Source: Squalus acanthias (taxonomy: Eukaryota). From it: 64,000 bases of DNA. Positions 12,618 through 23,700 of this stretch are shown piece by piece. The DNA lies in contig CM059432.1 of the NCBI GenBank assembly GCA_030390025.1, forward strand, positions 152,708,001 to 152,772,000, written 5' to 3'. Under the pieces are notes generated by a model. The model made no database searches. It saw only the letters and a list, made by a program, of their open reading frames with translations, and was not told the DNA's origin. The translations under genes were made by a program, and so were the position numbers. Positions within the stretch are counted from its first letter, which is position 1, and each line of letters starts with the position of its first letter.

Positions 12618-15600
12618 GTTCTTTTTTTTATTCGTTTATGGGATCTGGGCGTCGCTGGCAAGGGCAGCATTTATTGGTGTCCATACTTAAGAAAAGACAT
12701 ACTTGCTCTCGAGGCAGTACAAAGAAGGTTCACTCGGTTAATCCCGGGGATGAGGGGGTGGACATATGAGGAGAGGTTGAGTAGATTGGGACTCTACTCA
12801 TTGGAGTTCAGAAGAATGAGAGGCGATCTTATTGAAACATATAAGATTGTGAAGGGGCTTGATCGGGTGGATGCGGTAAGGATGTTCCCAAGGATGGGTG
12901 AAACTAGAACTAGGGGGCATAATCTTAGAATAAGGGGCTCTTTCAAAACTGAGATGAGGAGAAACTTCTTCACTCAGAGGGTAGTAGGTCTGTGGAATTT
13001 GCTGCCCCAGGAAGCTGTGGAAGCTACATCATTAAATAAATTTAAAACAGAAATAGATAGTTTCCTAGAGGTAAAGGGAATTAGGGGTTACGGTGAGCGG
13101 GCAGGAAATTGGACATGAGGCTGAGTTCGGATCGGTCAGGGCCCTGTGGGTGGCGGAGCGGGCCCAGGGGCTGAGTGGCCGGGTCCTGCTCCTACTTCTT
13201 GTGTTCTTTAGATTTGAGGTGAGGATCAGATCAGCCATGATCTTATTGAATGGCGGAGCAGGCTCGAGGGGCCGATTGGCCTACTCCTGCTCCTATTTCT
13301 TATGTTCTTATGTTCTTATTGCCCATTCCTAGTTGCCCTTGAGAAGGTGGTGGTGAGCCGCCTTCTTGAACCGCTGCAGTCCGTGTGGTGATGGTACTCC
13401 CACAGTGCTGTTAGGGAGGGAGTTCCAGGATTTTGACCCAGCGACGATGAAGGATCGACGATATACTTCTAAGTCAGGATGGTGTGTGACTTGGAGGGGA
13501 ACTTGGAGGTGGTAGTGTTCCCATGCGCCTGCTGCCCTTGTCCTTCTAGGTAGAAGAGGTCGCGGGTTTGGGAGGTGCTGCCGAAGAAACCTTGGCGAAT
13601 TGCTGCAGTGCATTTTGTAGATGGTACACACTGCAGCCACGGTACGCCGGTGGTGGAGGGAGTGAATATTTAAGGTGGTGGATGGGGTGCCAATCAAGTG
13701 GGCTGCTTTGTCCTGGATGGTGTTGAGCTTCTTGAGTGTTGTTGGAGCTGCACTCATCCAGGCAAGTGGAAAGTATTCCATCACACTCCTTACTTGTGCC
13801 TTGTAGATGGTGGAAAGGCTTTGGGGAGTCAGGAGGTGAGACACTCGCCGCAGAATACCTAGCCTCTGACCTGCTCTTGTTGCCACAGTATTTATGTGGC
13901 TGGTCCAGTTAAGTTTCTGGTTAATGGTGACCCCTCGGATGTTGATAGTGGGGGATTCGGCGATGGTAATGCCATTGAATGTCAAGGGGAGGTGGTTAGA
14001 CTCTCGCTTGTTGGAGATGGTCATTGCCTGGAACTTCTGTGGCGCCAATGTTACCTGCCACTTATCAGCCCAAGCCTGAACGTCATCCAGGTCTTGTTGC
14101 ATGCGGGCATGGACTACTTCATTATCTGTGGAGTTGTGAATGGCGCTGAACACTGTGCAGTCATCAGCGAACATCCCCATTTCTGACCTTATGTTGGCGG
14201 GAAGGTCATTGATGAAGCAGCTGACGATGGTTGGGCCTAGGACACTGCCCTGAGGAACTCCTGCAGCGATGTCCTGGGGCTGTGATGATTGACCTTCAAC
14301 CACCACAGTCATCTTCCTTTGTGCTAGGTATGACTCCAACCAGTGGAGAGTTTTCCCCCTGATTCCCATTGACTTCAGTTTTACTCGGGCTCCTTAATGC
14401 CACACTCGGTCAAATGCTTCCTTGATGTCAAGGGCAGTCACTCTCACCTCACCTCTGGAATTCAGCTCCTTTGTCCATGTTTGGACCAAGGCTATAATGA
14501 GGTCAGGAGCCGAGTGGTCTTGGCAGAGCCCAAACTGGGCATCAGTGAGCAGGTTATTGGTGAGTAAGTGCCGCTTGATAGCACTGTCGATGACACCTTC
14601 CATCACTTTGCTGATGATTGAGAGTAGAGTGATAGGGCGGTAATTGGCCGGTTTGGATTTGTCCTGCTTTTTGTGGACAGGACATACCTGGGTAGTTTTC
14701 CACATTGTCGGATAGATGCCAGTGTTGTAGCTGTACTGGAACAGCTTGGCTAGAGGCGCGGTAGTTCTGGAGCACAAGTCTTCAGCACGATAGCCGGGAT
14801 GTTGTCAGGGCCCATAGCCTTTGCTGTATCCAGTAGGCTCAGCCGTTTCTTAATATCACGTGGAGTGAATCAAATTGGCTGAAGATTGGCTTCTGTGATG
14901 GTGGGGACCTCAGGAGTAGGCCGATTTGGATCATCCACTCGGCACTTCTGGCTGAAGTTGGTTGCAAACGCTTCAGCCTTGTCTTTTGCCCTCACGTGCT
15001 GGGCTCCACCATCATTGAGGATGGGGATATTCTTGGAGCCTCCTCCTCCCGTTAGTTGTTTAATGGTCCACCACCATTCACGACTGGATGTGGCAGGACT
15101 GCAGAGCTTTGATCTGATCCGTTGATTGTGGGATTGCTTAGCCCTGTCTATAGCATGCTGCTTCCGCTTTTTAGCATGCATGTAGTCCTGTGTTGCAGCT
15201 TCCCCAGGTTGGCACCTCATTTTTAGGTACGCCTGGTGCTGCTCCTGGCATGCTCTTCTACACTCCTTATTGATCCAGGGTTGGTCCCCTGGCTTGGTGG
15301 TAATGGTAGAGTGAGGGATATGCCGGACCATGAGGATACAGATTGTGGTGGAATTCAATTCTGCTGCTGCTGATGGCCCACAGCGCCTCATGGATGCCCA
15401 GTTTTGAACTGCTAGATCTGTTCTGAATCTATCCCATTTAGCATGGTGGTAGTGCCACACAACACGATGGAGGGTGTTCTCTGTGTGAAGATGGGACTTC
15501 GTCTCCACAAGGACTGTGCGGTGGTCACTGCTGCCAATACTGTCATGGACAGATGCATCTGCGACAGGTAGATTGGTGAGGACGAGGTCAAGTAGGTTGT

Positions 15601-15882
15601 TCCCTCGTGTTGACTCACTCACCACCTGTCGCAGGCCCAGACTGGCAGTTATGTCCTTCAGGACTCGGCCAGCTCGGTCCGTAGTGGTGCTACCGAGCCA
15701 CTCTTGGTGATGGACCGAGCTGGCCGAGTCCTGAAGGACATAACTGCCAGTCTGCCCTTGCTACTCTCAGTGCTTCTTCCAAGTGGTGTTCAACATGGAG
15801 GAGTACTGATTCATCAGCTGAGGGAGGGTGGTAGGTGGTAATCAGCAGAAGGTTTCCTTGCCCATGCTTGACCTGAAGCCAT
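12618..15882 (-). mobile_element. LINE family B, longest copy (endonuclease remnant plus RT), inserted in Gypsy RNase H
   Basis: ORF pieces 14870-15625, 14394-14777 (NYRPITLL, ALDIKEAFDRVWH) and 13329-14369 ([14 protein letters not shown]); splits the Gypsy peptide NYAQI|EREAL. Confidence 0.92.
12677..13315 (+). mobile_element. CR1 LINE 3' fragment inserted in the LINE-B 3' UTR
   Basis: YEERLSRLGLYSLEFRRMRGDLIE..., FFTQRVV..WN; (ttcttatg)n tail; TSD TTATTG (12671-12676, 13316-13321). Confidence 0.9.
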
Positions 15883-17940
15883 AATCTGTGCATAATTCCG
15901 CTCACTGGCACTGAGTGCGTGAAACAAAAGCAATTCGTCTCTCCTCCCCACTGTCTGGTACATGAGAGATCACTGCCCCAACTCTGTACGGAGAGGCGTC
16001 ACACGCTAGCTTGATCTCCTTAGATACATCATAGTGAACTAACATGATACTCTCTACTAACTGGCTTTTATACTCTTTGAATGCTGTGTCGCATTCTTTT
16101 GACCACTTCCAAGGGACCTGTTTTCTCAACCGCTCAGTCAGTGGATGTAACAATGTAGCCAAGTTAGGGACGAACTTTCCGTAATCATTCAAAAGACCCA
16201 AAAATGATCGAAGTTCAGAGACATTCTTGGGAGTGGGTGCATTTCTGATTGCATCCAGCTTTCCCTTGGTTGGATGTAAACCATCTTTGTCTACTCTGTG
16301 CCCTAAGTACTCCACTGAGTTTTGAAACAACTCACACTTGTGAGCTGTCACTCATACTCCGTGCTTCTCTAGCCGTTTGAGCACTTCATTCAACACGTTA
16401 AAGAGTCATATGACTCTGTAACCTCATCATTGCCTTTTTGGTGCTGAAATGAGTATGTCATCCAAATAACACAAGGCCCCTCCAATCCTTTACAAAATTT
16501 GGTTCATCACCCCCTGGAATATGTCGGGGGCAGAAGGCACTCCAAATGGTAGCCTATTGAACTGATATAGGCCTCTGTGAGTATTTATAGTCAAGCATGA
16601 CTTGGACTCTTCATTTAACTCAAGTTGTAGGTAGGCGTTTGTTAGATCTAACTTCGAAAAGATCTGGCCACCTATCAGCGTTGTGAACAAATCTTCCACA
16701 TTTGGCAACGTATTGGGTAGATTACACTCTCGAACTTGGTTTACGGTTACCTTATAATCACCACACAACCTTACCTTACCACCTGACTTAGGTACAACAA
16801 CAATGGGTGGAGCCCAATTACTCAGATCTACCTTTAGAGATAATGTTCTCAGTTTCTAGTCTTTTGAGTTCTTGCTCAACTTTCTCCTTGAGTGCGTATG
16901 GTACTGGACGTGGCTTGCAGTAAACTGGTCTTGTGTTCTTCTGCACTCTGACACTCGCCTTGAAGTCTTGGATCGGACTGCCCGTTTCATTGAACACCTT
17001 CGGATACTGCTTGATGACATCATCTATCGATGCAAATTTCGCTTCCACACGAAAAATCTCATTCCAACCAGCTTCAGTGATCCCAACCAATTTCTACCTA
17101 TCAAGGCAGGTTTGTCTCCTGCCACTACTATGAGAGGCAAGCTCTGACACTGAGCCTTGTATTTCACTGGTATGGTGACACTTCCTACTACAGGGATTTG
17201 CTCTCCTGAGTAGCCTCGCAGCTCTACCTTCGAGTTCTCTAGTCAATAATCACGCAACTTGTCGCGATATAGTGATTCTGGTACTGCGCTCACGGATGCA
17301 CCAGTGTCGATTTCCATAGGTATCCTGGTTCCTGCGACATCTACTTGGATGACGATACCTCGCGAATCGCTGTTAGATACCTTTGTGCTCCTGATGACGT
17401 GAATCTCCAGAAACTCCTCGTCCTGCTGCTTCTCTTCAACGGTATGTAGTGTCTGCCGATTTCTACTTCTAGCATTGCCAGTCGGTTTACTCTTCTGTCG
17501 GCATGCCCAGTTTTCTTGCAGTAGAAACACTGCCTTCACGTATGGACAGCTTTGAGCGATGTGTTGTCCCAGGCACCGATAGCACGACTTCAATGCACTG
17601 TTACCTTGGCCAGTTACCTTGGGGCCTAACTGTGTTCTACTTTTAAGCTGCAGCCGATTCACCTCGGTTGTCAGACGACTGGGAATGGCACGGAACTCTC
17701 TGGAGTATCGGTTGACCATATCCATCGACATAGCTGTCTGACAAGCTAAGTCAAAAGTCAAGTTAGGGGTTGTCAACAATTTACTTCTGATATGTTCATT
17801 TCTCAACCCACAAACAAAGTGGTCACGCAAAGTTTGGTCCTGAAAGTTTCCGAAATGACAGTGAATGGATAGCTTTTTAAAAGCTACAATGTACTCTCTG
17901 ATACCCTCGTCATTTAATTGATCTCGTGTTCCAAAACAAT
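15883..17940 (-). pseudogene. Gypsy gag C-terminus, protease, RT and start of RNase H
   Basis: LRDHFVCGL, CYRCLGQH zinc knuckle, IDTGAS, CGDYKVTVN, FSKLDL, YLGHRV, ACDASPY; several frameshifts and stops. Confidence 0.9.
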
Positions 17941-18683
17941 GGCCCAGAAATTGATCTCGCTCTGTTCCCGCGGGGGTAAGCCTTCCCCGCGATCTCTCAC
18001 CTCGCTTGTGCTTTTTCAGATCCAGCTCGCACGAACTTGATGTTCCAGACATCAGCTGTGCTGGGCTTGCGTATCCCAGCGGCGTAGTTAATTCGTGCGA
18101 GCTGTGGGATCACGTGACTCAGTTAGAGCCAATGGCAGCACACCATCTTCCATTCATAAGTTTCACAGACATGCTGTGAAATCTGTGAATCTTACACCCC
18201 CCCAAAATAACAGCTAAACCTCAATTAAATTAAAAAAAAAACCATCACATTAATAAAATAAGTATAGTTAAATAAATTAACCATTTTAAATAAAAAATTA
18301 AATTTTTGAAAAAATTTAAAATCTTTTAAAAAGTTATAAAAATAAACTTACCTGTCTTTAAAGTCTCTAAAAAAGATATACCTGTAAAAAAAAATTCAAA
18401 AAAATACTTAATTCACTACTTACCTTGTTAAAAGTGGGTCTTACTCGTCCTTTTTACATTTCTAAAATCTTCAGTACTTACCTGCGCGTCCAAAGCATGA
18501 AGTGCACAGCGTGTGCGCAGCCTGTAGCGCGAACGCGATGCACCGAGGAACCGCCCCCTTTTCAAAAGAGCAATTGCCGGTTTTCAGCGCATGCGCAGGG
18601 CATGCAGAAAACCGGCAATTGGAGTGGGAATACGCGAGAGTACGCAGTGCGTACTCTCGCGCACCGGGATCAATTTTTGGGCC
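17941..18683. mobile_element. Harbinger-type MITE family C, inserted in Gypsy gag
   Basis: TIR ggcccagaaattgatc / gatcaatttttgggcc; flanks AAT/ATT; AT-rich core related to 57931-58692. Confidence 0.85.
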
Positions 18684-19091
18684 ATTAACTTTCAGCAATT
18701 TCCAGGGGTTCAAGACTGTAGTGCTGTTCTAACTTGGTTAGGATCTCCTTCAGTGGCGTGTCCTTCGGCTTGGCGGGAACAAGCACATTTTTCAGTGTTT
18801 CATCCTCCTCGGGGCCTGCTTCAGTCAAAAAAATAGCCCGTTTCATTTCTAAAACCGCCCGACTTCGACGATACGTTTCGCGGTGAAAAACATTTCTAGC
18901 CGCTCCACATACGCACCGAAAGTTTCTCGGTCATGATGGAACTCACCCAAGCGCCCTATTATTCCCATAGGCGCGGCCATCTGGACTCTGGCAATGTCGA
19001 CAGTTCAGCCACGTGTGCTCAAAATTAACCTCGGATTTTTAAGTTTTTCTGCAAAACGAAGAACCTTTAACAGCTAGGGAATCCGCAATTG

Positions 19092-19105
19092 CATCCTCAC
19101 CGCCA
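19092..19105 (-). promoter_or_regulatory. Primer-binding site, tRNA-Ser(GCT)-like
   Basis: TGGCGGTGAGGATG just inside the 5' LTR; two mismatches to TGGCGACGAGGATG, the complement of the tRNA-Ser(GCT) 3' end as I recall it. Confidence 0.7.
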
Positions 19106-19109
19106 ATTC

Positions 19110-19221
19110 TGTGATATCTTGGAACACAGCATGTATATACAACAGCACAACATGGCTTTACTGTACTGCACATGGCTTTATTATTATATACATCAGTAGT
19201 CCACCAGGTGGCTCTATTACA
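19110..19221 (-). repeat. 5' LTR (112 bp)
   Basis: Second LTR copy; differs from the first by an 8-bp indel and a few substitutions. Confidence 0.9.
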
Positions 19222-19430
19222 GGAGGAATGTTGGCCAGGACACTAGGAGAACTCCCTGTTCTCTTCTGAACAGGCAGATGGGGCCACAGTGTAATACCTC
19301 GGGCGAAAGATGCACCTCCTTCAGTACTGCACTGGAGTGTCAGCATAGATTATGTGCTCATGTCCAAGAGGAAAGGCTTGAACTCATGACCTTCTGACTG
19401 GGAGGTGAGAGTGCCAGTAACTGAGTCAAG
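19222..19430 (-). mobile_element. Deu SINE 5' part
   Basis: Continues 10186-10289 and ends in the reverse complement of the tRNA-like head. Confidence 0.7.
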
Positions 19431-20259
19431 TTGATGCCCAGCAGCATCCATATTGCCTTTTGAATAAAATTCTACCATGTGACTCTGCAGCAACACAAAA
19501 AGCTGATGGTGTGATTGGATAGCAGTAACATTTCCGTCCATTCGGGTTATCAGACTGACACTTGTGTTTAGATTTAAGAATGGTCTTATAACTGATAGTT
19601 TGCATAGGCCGTTATCATGGGACTAAATGTGAACCTGTGCCTGCTTATTTGACCATTTACAGGTGATAGGTGTGTGACCCAGTGGTTAGGTATTGGGTTC
19701 CCAACCATGTGACTCCCTCACAAAGTTACTGCACAATTAACCCCCTCGAGCAAGGGGATTGTCACTCATAAGTGGATATCACCATAACTGAAGAGGCAGC
19801 AGGAGTCCTGCAGGAATGACCGACCTGTTTGTGGTAATTGAACGCTACTCCTAGGCCTATGGAAGAAAGATGGGCTGATTTGCTTTGGCTGACCTTTCAG
19901 CAAGGACTGACTGCGAAACAGTTTTGAGATTGCGCCTGTTCCTTACTAGAACTTATTATCCTTGTTAGTTCCATATTTGTATTTCAGAGAGCACAGATTC
20001 TTGTACTTTTGAAATCTGTTGAGTGAAATGGGCCTTTGATGTTGCTCATTGCTGACCTGGTGTTTCTAAATTCAGTGGGTGAAATTGTTTTTTTCAAAAA
20101 AGGCTTGTACATAATTACTTAATTAATAGAAAGAGACTGGATTTCCAGTATCTTGATGGGGTCAGAATGGTTTAGGTGAAACATAAATCCAATTGTGGCT
20201 GATGTACACGTGTAATTTATCACAACCACCAATAACTATCCAAAAGCATAATACTGTGG

Positions 20260-22615
20260 ATACTGGAAATCTGAAATAAAAACCGAAAATGCTGGAAATA
20301 CTCAGCAGGTCAGGCAGCATCTGTGGAGAGAGAAACAGAGTTAACGTTTCAGGTCGATGATCTTTCGTCAGAACTGGAAAAAGTTAGAGATGTGACAGCA
20401 AGTCGAGGCAGGGAAAGGGAGGAGGGGAGAAAAGAACAAAAGGGAAGATCTGTGATAGGGTGGAAGGCAAGAGAGATTAAAAGGCAAAAGGAGATAGTGA
20501 TGGACAAGTAAAGAAACAGAAGATGGGTCTGGAGGATGTATAAATGGGAATAGCAGAATCATCACCAAAGAAAAAATGTGGGCAGACATTATGATCTGAA
20601 ATTGTTTAACTCATTGTTGAGTCCGAAAGGCTCTAAAGTGCTTAATCAAAAGATGAGGTGCTGTTCCTCGAGCATCCATTAAGCTTCATTGGAACAGTGT
20701 ATGAGGCCGAGGACAGAGGTCAAAATGGGAGTGGGGTGGAGAATTAAACTGACAGGCGACCAGAAGCTCGGGGGCACGCTTGCGGGCTGAACAGCGGTGT
20801 TCCGCAAAGCGATCACCCAATCTGCGTTTTTCTCCCGTTTGTCATTTATATATTTCAAGAAAAGCAGTGGTCCTAGTACCGATCCCTGGGGAACATCACT
20901 GTATATCTTCCTCCAGTCCGAAAAACAACCGTTCACCACTACTCTGTTTCCTTTCACTTAACCAATTCTGTATCCATGTTGCCAGTGTCCCTTTTATTTT
21001 ATGGGCTTCAACTTTGCTGGCAAGCATGTTATGTGGCACTTTTGGAAGTCGATGTACACCACATCAACCGCATTGCCCTCATCAACCCTCTCTGTTACCT
21101 CATCAAAAAACTCAATCAAGTTAGTTAAACACGATTTGCCTTTAACAAATCCATGCTGGCTTTCCTTAATTAATCCATACTTGTCCAAGTGACTGTTAAT
21201 TTTGTCCCTGATTATTGTTTCTAAAAGCTTCCCCACTACTGAGGTTAAACTGACTGGCCTGTAGTTGCTGGGTTTATCCTTACACCCTTTTTTGAACAAG
21301 GGTATAACATTTGCAATTCTCCAGTCCTCTGGCACCACCCCTGTATCTAAGGAGGATTGGAAGATTATGGCCAGTACCTCCGCAATTTCCACCCTTACCT
21401 CCCTCAGCATCCTAGGATGCATCCCATCTGGCCCTGGTGACTTATCTACTTTAAGCACAGCCAGCCTTTCTAGTACCTCCTCTTTATCAATTTTTATCCC
21501 ATCCAGTATCTCAACTACCTTCTCTTTCACTATGACTTTGGCAGCATCTTCTTCCTTGGTAAAGACAGATGCAAAGTACTCATTTAGTACCTCAGCCATA
21601 CCCTCTGCCTCCATGCGTAGGACTCCTTTTTAGGTCCCTAATCAGGCCCACCCCTCTTCTTACTACCCGTTTATTATTTATATGCCTAAAGAAGACTTTT
21701 GGATTCCCTTTTATGTTAGCTGCCAGTCTATTCTCATACTCTCTCTTTGCCCCTCTTATTTCCCTTTTCACTTCCCCTCTGAACGTTCTATATTCAGCCT
21801 GGTTCTCACTTGTATTCTCAACCTGACATCTGTCATATGCGCTCTTTTTCTGCTTCATCTTACTCTCTATCTCTTTCGTCATCCAGAGAGCTCTGGCTTT
21901 AGTTGCCTTACCTTTCCCCCGCGTGGGAATGTACCTCGACTGTACCTGAACCATCTCCTCTTTAAAGGCAGACCATTGCTCGATTACAGTTTTGCCTGCC
22001 AATCTTTGATTCCAATTTACCCGGACCAGATCCGTTCACAACCCAATGAAATCTGCCTTCCTCCAATTAATTATTTTTACTCTACATTGCTCCCTGTCCT
22101 TTTCCATAGCTAATCTAAACCATATGATACTATGATCACTGTTCCCTAAATGTTCCCCTACTGACACTTGCTCCACTTGACCCACCTCATTCCCCAGAAC
22201 CAGATCCAGCAATGCCTCTTTCCTCGTTGGGCCGGAAACGTACTGATCAAGAAAGTTTGATCTGACAACAGCTGTTGATGATTCTGCTATTCCCATTTAC
22301 ACCTCCTCTAGACCCATCTTTTGTTTCTTTATTTGTCTATTACCATCTCCTTTCGCCTTGCACCATCATCCCTTTGGTCATTTAATCTTTTTGCTTGTGT
22401 CAGTTAATCTCTCCTGCCTTCCACCCTATCACAGACATTCCCTTTTGTTCTTTCCTCCCTTCCCCTCTTTCCCTGCCTCTGTATTTGCTTAAAACCTGAT
22501 CCATCTCTAACTTTTTCCAGTTCTGATGGAATGTCATCGACCTGAAACGTTAACTCTGTTTCTCTCTCCACAGATGCTGCCTGACCTGCTGAGTATTTCC
22601 AGCATTTTTGGTTTT
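20260..22615. mobile_element. Penelope-like element remnant with inverted pseudo-LTRs, interrupted by CR1
   Basis: 20280-20395 is the inverted copy of 22500-22615. Minus strand 20590-20720 encodes the PLE GIY-YIG end ([28 protein letters not shown]). A hammerhead-like core is present in each pLTR. Confidence 0.8.
20838..22257 (-). mobile_element. CR1 LINE ORF2 internal fragment
   Basis: [39 protein letters not shown]. Confidence 0.92.
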
Positions 22616-23020
22616 TACACCAATAATTATATTCCTATTATAACAACAACTTGTGCCTTTAACATAGAAAATGTTCCAAGGTGCTTCACAGGAGTGTTAT
22701 CAGATAAGAATCAATGCCAAGCTAAAGAGCTGCTACTACAAGGGATGACTATAAGCTTCATTCAAAGAGGTGGGTTTTAAGGAGAGTCTCAAAACAGGAG
22801 AGCTGGGCGAGAGGTGGAGGGGTTTCGGGAGAGAATTCCAGAAATGAGTAAAGTCTTGTTATAAAATGTAATATGTAATTTGCAATGTAAAATGTGCCTT
22901 TTAAATATAGGAGTGTGATTTACGCACAGAAGAGATGCATAATTTGCATTTTCTGATTGGTTCTGGTCATTAGATTTGAGGTAGCTCATTTGGTCCATGC
23001 AGAGCTCTCTTCCTTAAATT

Positions 23021-23252
23021 ACAAAAATGAGAAGTCGCACAACACCAGGTTATAGTCCAACAGATTTATTTAAAATTACAAGCTTTCGGAGCTGTCGCCC
23101 CTTCCTCAGGTAAAGTTACAACTTTACCTGAGGAAGGGGCGACAGCTCCGAAAGCTTGTAATTTTAAATAAATCTGTTGGACTATAACCTGGTGTTGTGC
23201 GACTTCTCATTTTTGTCCACCCCAGTCCAACGCCGGCATCTCCGCATCATGA
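23021..23252. mobile_element. Penelope pLTR 3'-end insertion forming a perfect inverted repeat
   Basis: Arms 23021-23117 and 23120-23216 are exact reverse complements; 12-bp TSD ccttaaattaca (23012-23023, 23253-23264). Confidence 0.85.
23128..23160 (+). ncRNA. Minimal hammerhead ribozyme-like motif (mirror copy on minus strand at 23077-23109)
   Basis: CTGAGGA, stem II GGGGC/GACA/GCTCC, GAAA, palindromic AAGCTT, then GTA triplet; this is the layout of Penelope-associated minimal hammerheads. Confidence 0.65.
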
Positions 23253-23700
23253 CCTTAAATTACAGTTCAAGCAAGGACTCACTGGAGAATTTCCTGCAGA
23301 GTTTTCCCACCTTCTCGACTGCACTCAGTTTGGAAAGGTGTGACACATTTGTCCTGCCAGGTTAGAGTTGAGGAGCTTTTGTTCCTCTGTTGTGCATTCT
23401 AAGTATAGACAAAGTGCTTGATGTCTCCTGCACAGTGAAAGAATTCTGTGTCCTCTGGGAAGGAATCCAATAAATCTGATGCATGAGGCAGAAATGTAAA
23501 CTTCCAGGGCAAGCAAGTATTGGGAAAACGCCATTTCATGTGCCCTCTTTATTTATCTGTTCCTGTCTAATGACAATATGTTTCACTTACACTGGTAATC
23601 AACTTTATTTTGAGAGGGCGTGTTGGAAAAAGAAATGAGCAAAAAAAGATTGTCTCCCAAAAAATTAACTCAAAAACATATATAAGTAATAAAAGACATT

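Larger units (their letters stand above)
10290..19221 (-). mobile_element. Gypsy/Ty3 LTR retrotransposon (Mag-like clade), decayed, with nested insertions
   Basis: TG...CA direct repeats at 10290-10409 and 19110-19221; perfect TSD GGAGG (10285-10289, 19222-19226); gag, protease (IDTGAS), RT, RNase H and integrase remnants in Gypsy order. Confidence 0.93.

Noticed and set aside
13329..14369. 346-aa RT ORF as a functional or retron-like reverse transcriptase
   Set aside because: Fragment of a frameshifted, 5'-truncated LINE present in five copies in this window.
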